Made by a program: the position numbers and the translations under genes. From Gammaproteobacteria bacterium (GTDB lineage Bacteria; Pseudomonadota; Gammaproteobacteria; Eutrophobiales; Eutrophobiaceae), in NCBI GenBank assembly GCA_965222155.1, contig CBDCTH010000012.1:544001-608000 (forward strand): a stretch of 64,000 nt of DNA. Direction: 5' to 3'. The notes beneath the pieces are model-generated. The model was not told the origin of the DNA. It searched no databases and was given only the letters and a program-made list of their open reading frames with translations. Shown in pieces: positions 20,466 through 29,614 of this stretch. Position 1 is the first letter of the stretch. Every line of letters starts with the position of its first letter.

Positions 20466-21413
20466 ATGTACCAGGCACAGAAAGCACTCTTTTTTTACTG
20501 CGTAAGTCCCGTCCATATGGGTGCAGGTACTGCCATCGGGCTGATAGACAACCCGATACAACGCGAGCGACATACTGACTACCCCTTATTCGCTGGTTCC
20601 GGCATCAAGGGAGCAGTGCGTCATCACTTCCATGCCGATGGCTGGAACAAAGACGAGGAACTGCTCAACCGTATCTTTGGGCCCAAGAATTCCGAGTTTG
20701 CAGGAGCAGTAAGTTTCGGTGATGCTCAGTTAGTTGCCTTTCCGGTGCGCTGTACCAAACACGCCTATGTTTATGCCACATCACCGACTGCCTTGGCGCG
20801 CACGCGGCGGCAACTCGAACACTTGCAGGTCACCCCTGATTGGAAAATAACTGAAGTCGAGGAAGGCGGTTGTCGTGTCGTGCCCGGATCGGGTTTGACC
20901 GAAGGAACGAGCCTGAATCTGGAGGTATTTCAGTACACTGCAACAGACGAAAAGGAGCTTGCAAAGATTGCCGGTTGGCTTGCGGACCAAGCATTGCCGC
21001 CGGGCGATGCCTATGCCTTCTTCCGTGACAAGCTCAAAACCGACCTCGTGTTGTTGCCGGATGAGGACTTTACTTACTACATCAAGAACGCCACTGTGGT
21101 CGAGCCCCACGTGCGTATTGATGACAAGACAGGAACCGCCGACGACGGTGGCCTCTTCTACACTGAGAATCTACCGCCGGAATCGTTACTCCTGGCTCCA
21201 TTGATGGCTTCGGGAGAGCGACGCGGGCGCCATGATGGTAGTAATGACCATATAATGTGTGCGCAGGAGGTTATGGAGAAGGTACTTGATGGACACAATG
21301 AAGGAGTAGGGCTGAATGGCCTATGCTTACAGCTTGGTGGCGATGCCACCACGGGACGCGGTCAGGTCATTGTTACGTCAGTAGAGGAGAAGGATAATGA
21401 TGCGGACACTTGA
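20466..21413 (+). CDS. cmr4: Type III-B Cmr4
   Basis: SPVHMGAG...IDNPIQRE, GSGIKG, LFYTENLP, QLGGDATTGRG. Confidence 0.96.
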   Translation: MYQAQKALFFYCVSPVHMGAGTAIGLIDNPIQRERHTDYPLFAGSGIKGAVRHHFHADGWNKDEELLNRIFGPKNSEFAGAVSFGDAQLVAFPVRCTKHAYVYATSPTALARTRRQLEHLQVTPDWKITEVEEGGCRVVPGSGLTEGTSLNLEVFQYTATDEKELAKIAGWLADQALPPGDAYAFFRDKLKTDLVLLPDEDFTYYIKNATVVEPHVRIDDKTGTADDGGLFYTENLPPESLLLAPLMASGERRGRHDGSNDHIMCAQEVMEKVLDGHNEGVGLNGLCLQLGGDATTGRGQVIVTSVEEKDNDADT

Positions 21414-21750
21414 ACAACAGCGGGCCGAGTATGCTTGGAAGATAGTACAGGAAGGCTGCAACGATAAATACACCAGTCTTGCCAAAGGCGCGCCAGCACT
21501 TATCATGGCTAACGGCCTGATGCAGAGCCTGGCCTTCTACGAGTCGAAAGGTCAGGACCACCATAAGACATTAAACAGGCACATTCTTGGTTGGTTGTAC
21601 AAACAGAAACTGGTCAAAACCGAAGATTTTGTAACTGCGATGAACGATCTGCACAAGACCAGTTCGGTTAACTACCGCCGCGCAACCCAGGAGGCTCTGG
21701 ATTTCCTGAAGTGGGTGCGGCAGTTCGCTCCTGCGGCGCAGAGCGAATAG
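21397..21750 (+). CDS. cmr5: Type III-B Cmr5
   Basis: TLEQQRA..A, PALI..NGL.Q.LAF, W..QFA. Confidence 0.93.
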   Translation: MMRTLEQQRAEYAWKIVQEGCNDKYTSLAKGAPALIMANGLMQSLAFYESKGQDHHKTLNRHILGWLYKQKLVKTEDFVTAMNDLHKTSSVNYRRATQEALDFLKWVRQFAPAAQSE

Positions 21751-21773
21751 CGAGAGGAAGGATCGATCTATCT

Positions 21774-22979
21774 ATGCCTATAGCCGCCGTACCTGAATAC
21801 CTCGGAAATGATTTGAGCGATTGTCCGCCAGGGCATCGTTTTACACTTTATGGCGCGTTCTGGGAAAAACAGAGCTGGAAACGGGTGAAAAATATTGAGC
21901 TGACACATCTGAAGCCGGTTTCCAAAAACTTGTCTCCTGCCACCGCCACACTGCGCGACGCGCTTATCCAACGTCAGCACTGTCTTGCAGAAAGGCTTGG
22001 CGAGGGCGTGTCGAGTTACTTGACCAAATCGGTTTCTCCCTTCGTAACCGGTACCGGTATTGAGCACCCGCTGGAAAATGGAATGGCCTTTGTCAATCCA
22101 TACGGTTTGCCCTATCTTCCCGGCTCCGGCGTTAAAGGCGCGCTGCGCAAGGCAGCCGAGGAATTGGCAGATGCGGCAACAGAAGAAGATAACGGATGGA
22201 CGAAGAAGGCGATAGAAGTATTGTTTGGAAAGCAACCTCGCTCCGTAACCGACAAAGCTGAACGCGGCGCGCTGACGTTCTGGGATGTCTTTCCCGACTG
22301 CTCAAAGCTGTGTATCGAGATAATGACCCCTCACTATAGTGACTATTATCAGGGGAACACCTCGCCTCACGACGCTGGCGCTCCGATACCGATCTACTTC
22401 ATCGCTGTGCCCGCAGAGAGCGACTTTGCTTTCCATGTGCAATGCGATGTACGCTGTTTGAAGGACAAGGCTGATTTGTCAGGACAATGGCGAAAGCTGC
22501 TCGACAGCGCATTCGATCACGCCTTCGATTGGCTTGGCTTCGGCGCCAAGACGGCTGTCGGATATGGTCATATGCGCATTGATACAGCTGCGACAAAACG
22601 GAACGAAGACGAGCGCAGAAAGAGCGCGGTGCAGGCAACGGAACGCCGAGAACGAGAGAAGCAGGAACAAGATCTACAGGATGCACGGGGGCATCTCCCA
22701 GAAGATGCCGTTTGGATAGAAAAACAATTTATGGCCGGTGAATGGTCCGATACAAACCGTTTCCTGGTTGAGGTGGAGAAATTTCTTGCCCACAAGCGGG
22801 ATCTCAGTAACGAAGCATATGATCGCTTGGTGGGTGAGATATCAGATCGTTGGCCTGGAATACTGGAAAACCCTGACGTTGTCAGGGGCAAGAAAAAAAA
22901 GCCAAAATACAAGCCTAGACCGCGTGAATTGGCGAAGAAACTGATCGCGTTGAAACCGGAAGCTAAAAAGAGTCCGTGA
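21774..22979 (+). CDS. cmr6: Type III-B Cmr6 with C-terminal extension
   Basis: HPLENG, YGLPYLPGSGVKG, IMTPHY, GFGAKTAVGYG; ATG at 21774 follows an SD-like sequence. Confidence 0.93.
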   Translation: MPIAAVPEYLGNDLSDCPPGHRFTLYGAFWEKQSWKRVKNIELTHLKPVSKNLSPATATLRDALIQRQHCLAERLGEGVSSYLTKSVSPFVTGTGIEHPLENGMAFVNPYGLPYLPGSGVKGALRKAAEELADAATEEDNGWTKKAIEVLFGKQPRSVTDKAERGALTFWDVFPDCSKLCIEIMTPHYSDYYQGNTSPHDAGAPIPIYFIAVPAESDFAFHVQCDVRCLKDKADLSGQWRKLLDSAFDHAFDWLGFGAKTAVGYGHMRIDTAATKRNEDERRKSAVQATERREREKQEQDLQDARGHLPEDAVWIEKQFMAGEWSDTNRFLVEVEKFLAHKRDLSNEAYDRLVGEISDRWPGILENPDVVRGKKKKPKYKPRPRELAKKLIALKPEAKKSP

Positions 22980-23003
22980 AAGAACTAATCCTCATGAACG
23001 ACG

Positions 23004-24215
23004 ATGTCCGAAATCCATATCTGCCTGTTATCTGACCAATTACTCCCGAATCTCATCCCGATTCTCATGGAACGGCCGGTTTGTGTCTATCTTGTCGCGA
23101 CCCCGGAGATGGTGAAAAGGGGACGCGATGTACGGATGCGGCGATTGCTGCGCCATGAGAAGATCGAACCGCGCATTCGCGAAGGCGCACCAAGCACCGG
23201 TATCGATAAAATCCGCGCATTCGCCGAGAAGCTGACGCATGAGATAGTGAAGGACAAGGACAGCGCCGGCAGGACTCTCGTGCTAAATGCAACCGGTGGG
23301 ACGAAGTTGCTCTCCATGGGATTTGTCGAGGTGTTCCGTGCGCACTTGGAAGGCTATCCGTTGCGGGTCATCTATACCGATACGGAGCATCAGGTGCTCG
23401 AAACCCTTGTACCTCGTGGGTTGGATGCCACGCCGATGGGAGGTGTGCTGCGGGTAGAGAGCTATCTGGCCGCGCAAGGAATGACATTCGTCTCGGCAAT
23501 GTCGGATGACTTGGAGTGGCGGTCCGTCGTTCAGGAGCGATGCAAACTCACTGTATACCTTGCTAACGAATGCGAGCGCCTCGGCGGTTTTCTTGGAATG
23601 CTGAATGGGCTTGTACACGGAACTGGACGGCAGTCGGGTGCACTTGCATCGAACGGAGGCGAGTTGCTCCATCCTGAACAACGACTCAACCGGTCACCCC
23701 GAGGATTGTACCGGGAGGTGCTGAAACGTGTCGCCGATGTGGGTCTGATCCAATGGGTCGACGCCAAGACGGTCCGCTTCAACACGGTCGAGGCTGCACG
23801 CTATCTCGGTGGCCATTGGCTGGAGGAGTACGCTTGGTTGGTCGCTGACGCCGCGGGCCTGCAAGACGCTCGGTGCTCGGCAACCGTGCGGTGGGAGTTA
23901 CAGAGCGGACCCGAGGCGCCGACCAACGAGTTCGACTTGCTGGCGGTGCATAACAACCGGCTCCTGCTCGTCGAGTGCAAGACAGGACAACAAGCTGCCG
24001 GTGAGCAGGCAGTTGCCACGCGACTGGAGAGCTTGAGCCGGAACGCGGGAGGTTTGTTCGGCTTATCTCTGCTTGTGTCCGCCAGAGCTCTCCCGACTAC
24101 GATGAGAAATCGTTGCCAGAGCCTTGGCATCAGGCTCCTTGAACAAGGAGAGGTAAAGAGGCTTGCGGATTACGTCGATCAATGGCGAGATACCGGCGCG
24201 CTTACATCCCGGTGA
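23004..24215 (+). CDS. Card1/Can2-like CARF plus PD-(D/E)xK nuclease effector (DUF1887)
   Basis: S.Q.LPNLIP, NATGGTK, G.WLEEY, NEFD..........ECKT. Confidence 0.88.
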   Translation: MSEIHICLLSDQLLPNLIPILMERPVCVYLVATPEMVKRGRDVRMRRLLRHEKIEPRIREGAPSTGIDKIRAFAEKLTHEIVKDKDSAGRTLVLNATGGTKLLSMGFVEVFRAHLEGYPLRVIYTDTEHQVLETLVPRGLDATPMGGVLRVESYLAAQGMTFVSAMSDDLEWRSVVQERCKLTVYLANECERLGGFLGMLNGLVHGTGRQSGALASNGGELLHPEQRLNRSPRGLYREVLKRVADVGLIQWVDAKTVRFNTVEAARYLGGHWLEEYAWLVADAAGLQDARCSATVRWELQSGPEAPTNEFDLLAVHNNRLLLVECKTGQQAAGEQAVATRLESLSRNAGGLFGLSLLVSARALPTTMRNRCQSLGIRLLEQGEVKRLADYVDQWRDTGALTSR

Positions 24216-24424
24216 GTCGCGGAGTTGCCGACCCGCTGAGTCACCCCTGGGCGGAGTAACCCAGACCTGTCTGGTACTGCGCGGCCGTGTGCCCATCCAA
24301 TCTTTACGACTTTAATTGAAGTAAAAAAGATAGTAGCCTGTAACGGTTTTCAAGCTATGAGGGTAGTAGCCAATGCCGAGAGTCAGCGCAAAACGACAAA
24401 TCGACACTTCCCGTCGACCAGTGT

Positions 24425-24585
24425 AATGAAGTGGGGATACGCCCGGGTGATGAGTACCGGAGCATCGTTGAGGTGGCAAACCTGCCAAGCCGTACCTGAT
24501 CAGTGATATCAGCGTCATTCACTGATAATATAACCTGAAGGCATTGATGCTGAAAAAGGAACAGGTACGGTTCCCGGAAGAATGA
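24425..24585 (+). pseudogene. Remnant 3' end of a paralog of the CARF-wHTH gene
   Basis: CCTGCCAAGCCGTACCTGATCAGT and CTGAAAAAGGAACAGGTACGGTTCCCGGAAGAATGA match 14231-14338. Confidence 0.75.
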
Positions 24586-24592
24586 CGAGGAC

Positions 24593-24638
24593 GGCAAGCT
24601 TGCCGAATGTAAAAAGACGGGGTTTATTGTATTAGTAT
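24593..24638 (+). promoter_or_regulatory. csm operon promoter with palindromic site
   Basis: GGCAAGCTTGCC at 24593-24604; TAGTAT at 24633. Confidence 0.65.
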
Positions 24639-24666
24639 GAGCTATTAAACGGCAAGAACACTTAAT

Positions 24667-27351
24667 ATGACTGATCCAGCAAATTTCATTACACCATCAG
24701 CACGAGTGGCGCTCGCAGCTTTTTTGCACGACCTCGGCAAGTTTGCTGAGAGGGCAAAAATTGATACTTCCTCTGAAATTCTCGAAAGTAATCAGCAGAT
24801 TTACTGTCCGCATCATAAAAAATCAACAGACGATAAAGGCTGGTTTTCTCATAAACATGCAGCCTACACCGCTATCGCTTTGGACCGGATTGAAGCACAC
24901 TTACCACCGCTCAAAGGCCAGAATGTGGAACCGTTTGCAACCTGGGGTTCGGATGACGTCGATGATTCACTGATCAATGGCGCGGCCAAGCACCACAAAC
25001 CCGATACTTTTCTGCAGTGGATTATTGCCACCGCTGATCGCGTTGCATCCGGCTTTGAACGTAACGAGTTCGAAGAATATAACAAGGCAAGGGAAGGCAC
25101 AGCTACCGGTAAAGATCATTACACAGCCCGACAGTTGACCTTATTTGAACAAATCCGATTGTATGACAAAAGCCGCAAACAGACGTATCGTTATCGTTAT
25201 CGCTATAAACTTAAGCCGCTTTGCCCTGATGCGTTAGTGCCTGTGCCAGCAGAAGGCTATGAGCCGGAAAGTCGCGCTGAAGCTCAAAGGGAATATAAGG
25301 CACTCTGGGACGGTTTTACCGAAGGACTTGGAAAGATACCTGAATCCCATCGAAAGAATCTACCTCTCTGGCTGGATCACTTCGAATCGCTGTGGGGTTG
25401 CTATACTCACGCGATACCATCTGCTACTGCGTTTAATACTCGACCGGACGTATCACTTTACGATCATTCCCGTGCAACAGCGGCACTGGCGGTTGCGCTG
25501 TGGCGGTATCACCATGAGCGTAAGGATGATACAGAAAGAGCAACCCGAGTGATGCGAAACAGGGAAGATTGGAATGAGCAGAAGTTGCTGCTCATCCAGG
25601 GTGATTTTTTTGGTATCCAGGATTTCATTTTTGCTACTGGTGGTGAAACCCGGAAACGTGCAGCCAAGCTGTTACGGGGACGTTCGTTCTATATCTCTCT
25701 GTTGACCGAATGTGCCGCTCTTAAAATATTAGACAAGCTGGGGCTACCGGCAACCAGCCAGATTACTAATGCCGCCGGTAAATTCCTGATCGTTGCGCCG
25801 AATACTGAAGGTATACGCAATACTTTGGGCCAGGTTCAACAGGAGTTGGACGAATGGTTCAAGACTAATAGCTGGGCAGTCTCAGGTATCGGTTTAGCAG
25901 CTTTACCTGCTTGCTGCAACGATTTTCTGAAACAACAGGGAGACGAAGAAAACACGCCTTTTCAACGCCTCATGACAAGACTGTTTGAGGCGTTGGAAAA
26001 TGCCAAGCTGAAACGTTTCGACCTGTGCAATCAGCAACCTGAAGCAGCGATTTTTACCGGCTTTTTAGAGCAATTTCATAATAATAAGGGAGTTTGTGAG
26101 ATCGATGGGCACTCTCCGGCAACGCAAGTCGATGATGGGATATCCATAAGTGACTTGGCGCATGACCAAATCAGGGTCGGTGAGTATCTGACCAAATACG
26201 AGCGGTTTTTGATCACCCGCAATGAACTTGATCATAATACCCTGCGGCTACCCATTTTTGGCTACCATGTCAGCTTCACTCGTGACGAAGAAATAACCGG
26301 TCAATTCAGCCGGTTGGCTATCGAGGGCAAGCTGTTGCGTGCTGTTGATTTTTCTTTACCTCAAGCCAGCGCTACCGCGCTCTGGAACGGTTATGCACGG
26401 CGCTATATTAACGGCTACGTGCCCAGGTTCCGTCAGGATGATCTTGACAATAAGGACAAATACAAATCTGTAGAAGAGGCAATTGGCATTGAGCCTGATG
26501 CTGTCAAATCGCTTAATCACATTGCTTGTGAAGGCGCTGGAATTCATGCTCTGATGACCCTGAAAGGTGACGTCGATAATCTGGGGTTGATCTTCCAACA
26601 GGGTCTTGCCCGGTCGGATAAAAATGACAAAAATGGCCATAAAGGAGGGCTGACATTCGCCAAGATGGCGGCCTTATCACGGCAAATGGATGCTTTTTTT
26701 ACGATTTACCTGCCTTACCGATGCCAAAAGGATTATCCCGATACCTATACCGTATTTGCCGGTGGTGACGACTTTTTCCTGATTGGCCCCTGGCATTCAC
26801 AAATCAGATTGGCCAAGGAAATGCAGCAATGGTTCAGTGAATACGTAACGCGTAATCCCGAAGTGCACTTCTCGGTCGGTTTATTCATGACCAAGCCAGG
26901 TCTGCCGATTCGCTATTTGGCAGAACAATCTGAGCGGGCACTGGAAAAGGCCAAAAAGTATAATTCACAGGACTGCCAACCTGCACCAAAGAATGCCGTT
27001 ACCTGTTATGGGCACAGTATCGGCTGGGACAGTTTCAAGAAACTGATAGAGCAATCGGATGAACTGGAAACCCTGGCTGGCGAAATTGAACTCAGCACAG
27101 GTTATCTGTATAGCCTGTTGCAGTTTACTGACATGCAGTCGGAGATCAGCGAAAAACCGGAAAAGGCTTTATGGCACTCGTGGTTTGCCTATCGGACAAA
27201 GCGAATGCTTGAACGTATTCGCGGCCTGGATACCAGGCAATGGCATAATAAGCTGGCCGATGCCATCGCTCACCGGGGCATAGAGACATACGCCCAGGCT
27301 TACAAAATTGCCCTGTTTACTTATCTTTATAAACATCGTAAAGAGGATTGA
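24667..27351 (+). CDS. cas10: Type III-A Cas10/Csm1
   Basis: LHDLGKF (HD), DVSLYDH, GIQDFIF, LRGRSF, KGDVDNLG, FAGGDD. Confidence 0.96.
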   Translation: MTDPANFITPSARVALAAFLHDLGKFAERAKIDTSSEILESNQQIYCPHHKKSTDDKGWFSHKHAAYTAIALDRIEAHLPPLKGQNVEPFATWGSDDVDDSLINGAAKHHKPDTFLQWIIATADRVASGFERNEFEEYNKAREGTATGKDHYTARQLTLFEQIRLYDKSRKQTYRYRYRYKLKPLCPDALVPVPAEGYEPESRAEAQREYKALWDGFTEGLGKIPESHRKNLPLWLDHFESLWGCYTHAIPSATAFNTRPDVSLYDHSRATAALAVALWRYHHERKDDTERATRVMRNREDWNEQKLLLIQGDFFGIQDFIFATGGETRKRAAKLLRGRSFYISLLTECAALKILDKLGLPATSQITNAAGKFLIVAPNTEGIRNTLGQVQQELDEWFKTNSWAVSGIGLAALPACCNDFLKQQGDEENTPFQRLMTRLFEALENAKLKRFDLCNQQPEAAIFTGFLEQFHNNKGVCEIDGHSPATQVDDGISISDLAHDQIRVGEYLTKYERFLITRNELDHNTLRLPIFGYHVSFTRDEEITGQFSRLAIEGKLLRAVDFSLPQASATALWNGYARRYINGYVPRFRQDDLDNKDKYKSVEEAIGIEPDAVKSLNHIACEGAGIHALMTLKGDVDNLGLIFQQGLARSDKNDKNGHKGGLTFAKMAALSRQMDAFFTIYLPYRCQKDYPDTYTVFAGGDDFFLIGPWHSQIRLAKEMQQWFSEYVTRNPEVHFSVGLFMTKPGLPIRYLAEQSERALEKAKKYNSQDCQPAPKNAVTCYGHSIGWDSFKKLIEQSDELETLAGEIELSTGYLYSLLQFTDMQSEISEKPEKALWHSWFAYRTKRMLERIRGLDTRQWHNKLADAIAHRGIETYAQAYKIALFTYLYKHRKED

Positions 27352-27355
27352 TGTT

Positions 27356-27841
27356 ATGAATAATCGAAGCCGTTCATCGGGAAAAAAACCTTGGCAAAAT
27401 ACTCAACAATCGGATGACGACCGGCCTCCCTTCAGCAAAGATCGGATTGTTCTAGCTAGCGGTGAGTTGCCAACTGATCTGTTCAGTCAGGTCGCAGAGG
27501 ATGCAGCCAAACATGTTGCCGCATGGGATGGCGAGAAAGCTGGTGGAAACGCCAGCAAACCAACACAATTGCGCAAATTCTATGACGAAATTTGTATGTG
27601 GGACAGCAAGAGCCAGCGCGATATTGACCGCTTTGACGAATATCTACCTTTTATCCTGATGTTGAAGGCGAAAGTCGCTTATTCCCAAGGCCGTAAACAT
27701 GTAGAAAAGACCTATGTCGACATACTCAATCATTGCCTGGCTGAGCTTGAGAAAAACCCAAAATGGAAAACTCTGCACAACCTGAAACTGTTTATGGAAG
27801 CCTTTACCGGTTTTTATAAAGTTTACGGGTCCAAGAATTAG
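27356..27841 (+). CDS. csm2: Type III-A Csm2
   Basis: TQLRKFYDE, LKAKVAY..GR, FMEAF.GFYK. Confidence 0.93.
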   Translation: MNNRSRSSGKKPWQNTQQSDDDRPPFSKDRIVLASGELPTDLFSQVAEDAAKHVAAWDGEKAGGNASKPTQLRKFYDEICMWDSKSQRDIDRFDEYLPFILMLKAKVAYSQGRKHVEKTYVDILNHCLAELEKNPKWKTLHNLKLFMEAFTGFYKVYGSKN

Positions 27842-27852
27842 GAGGTATCTAC

Positions 27853-28611
27853 ATGCAACTTACAGCAATCAAAACCCTAACCGGGGAAATTGAATTACTT
27901 ACTGGTCTGCACATCGGTGGGGACGACGCCGATATGCACATCGGCGGTATCGACAATCCAGTCATCAAACACCCCGTTACTCAGGAGCCTTACATTCCCG
28001 GTTCCAGCATCAAGGGAAAAATGCGCAGCCTGCTCGAATGGGAACTAGGAGTGGTCGGTCAAACGAATGGCGCACCACTTGGCTACAAGCATATTAAAGA
28101 ACTGGCCGACGACCAGGAACAGGATGCCAAAGTTATCCTCAAACTGTTTGGTGGCGCACCAGACGGTCATGACAACATGGAATTGGTCGAGGAAATCGGC
28201 CCGACCCGCCTGGCTTTCTGGGACTGTTCCCTTGACTCCGAATGGGTGGAGAAAATGGACGCTAAAAATCTCCTGTTAACCGAGGCCAAGATGGAAAACA
28301 GTATCGACCGCATCAGAGGGGTTGCAATCAACCTGCGTCAGACCGAGCGTGTGCCCGCCAGTGCAAAATTCCAATTCAATCTGACGTTGCGCAAACATGA
28401 TGATGATGACGATTTACTGGATACCATTCTCAAAGGATTACGTTTGATCGAAATTTCAGGACTTGGAGGTTCCGGTTCACGGGGTTACGGCAAGGTACGG
28501 TTCAACAACCTGGAATGCGAGGGTGAGTCTCTTGATGAGCGCATGAAGGCCATAGACCTGTTTAATTCTAAAGCGGAGGGCAATAACATTGAGTCTGATA
28601 TGGTCTCATAA
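27853..28611 (+). CDS. csm3: Type III-A Csm3
   Basis: TGLHIGG...IGGIDNPVIK, PYIPGSSIKGK, LGGSGSRGYG. Confidence 0.96.
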   Translation: MQLTAIKTLTGEIELLTGLHIGGDDADMHIGGIDNPVIKHPVTQEPYIPGSSIKGKMRSLLEWELGVVGQTNGAPLGYKHIKELADDQEQDAKVILKLFGGAPDGHDNMELVEEIGPTRLAFWDCSLDSEWVEKMDAKNLLLTEAKMENSIDRIRGVAINLRQTERVPASAKFQFNLTLRKHDDDDDLLDTILKGLRLIEISGLGGSGSRGYGKVRFNNLECEGESLDERMKAIDLFNSKAEGNNIESDMVS

Positions 28612-28657
28612 GCGTATGAAAAACGTGGATTGGTTTAATTCTGCCGCCTGAGCAAAT

Positions 28658-29614
28658 ATGTTCATGAACCGCTATCGCATCACGCTCGAACTGAAATCCG
28701 CTTTTGGCACTCCGCTCAAAGGCGATACACTGTTTGGCCAACTCTGCTGGACCATATTGAACCGTTATGGTGAAGACCGTCTACAGGAATTATTGACTGA
28801 TTATTCAGCACAGCCCTTTGCAGTTTGCTCGGATGGATTCCCAAACAGCTATTTACCTCGTCCTTCATTACCTGTTTCATACTTTGATATACCGGGTGAT
28901 GAGGATCGTAAAGTTGTCAAGAAAAAACGCTGGATACATCTTGGCGAACTGTTCAAGTCGATTTCGAAGTGGTTAGTCAACGCCAAACCGGGCAGCGACC
29001 TGACCGGCGATGATAACCAAAGAGAACAACCGCATAACAGCATCAATCGCTTAACCGGCACAACCGGTGAGAATATGTTCGCCCCTTACAGTCAGTCACA
29101 AATCTGGTATCCGAGCAATGCAAAATTCGACATCTATCTGTTGCTTGATGAAGCTCGACTGCCACTCTCAGATGCCAAGACTCTATTCACGGACATAGGT
29201 ACTTTTGGCTATGGTCGGGATGCCAGCATCGGACTGGGCAAATTCGAGCACATCGATTGGACTGAATGGAATTTTTCTGTCCCTGAAGCGGCTAACGCCT
29301 GTTTAACGCTGGCGCCCTGTGCGCCACAGGGATTAGGGCTGAATGGCAAAAACAGCTATTACAATGTCTTTACCCGTTTTGGACGACATGGTGACGTTGG
29401 AGTGCACGGGCAACACGGGCCCTTCAAGGCGCCTGTATTACTGGCTGATACCGCAGCCGTATTTTCGCCGATGCCTGTTGGACAAAACTATATCGGCCAG
29501 GGCTTGGGCGGAATAGAACAACCACTCTCCAAGACTATCCCAACCACCGTACACCAGGGCTATGCCCCTTATGTTCCTGTCCATCTGCCGGCTCAAAAGC
29601 AGGAGACAGTATGA
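28658..29614 (+). CDS. csm4: Type III-A Csm4
   Basis: GDTLFGQLCW, SDGFP, HNSINRLT, GYGRDASIGLG. Confidence 0.92.
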   Translation: MFMNRYRITLELKSAFGTPLKGDTLFGQLCWTILNRYGEDRLQELLTDYSAQPFAVCSDGFPNSYLPRPSLPVSYFDIPGDEDRKVVKKKRWIHLGELFKSISKWLVNAKPGSDLTGDDNQREQPHNSINRLTGTTGENMFAPYSQSQIWYPSNAKFDIYLLLDEARLPLSDAKTLFTDIGTFGYGRDASIGLGKFEHIDWTEWNFSVPEAANACLTLAPCAPQGLGLNGKNSYYNVFTRFGRHGDVGVHGQHGPFKAPVLLADTAAVFSPMPVGQNYIGQGLGGIEQPLSKTIPTTVHQGYAPYVPVHLPAQKQETV

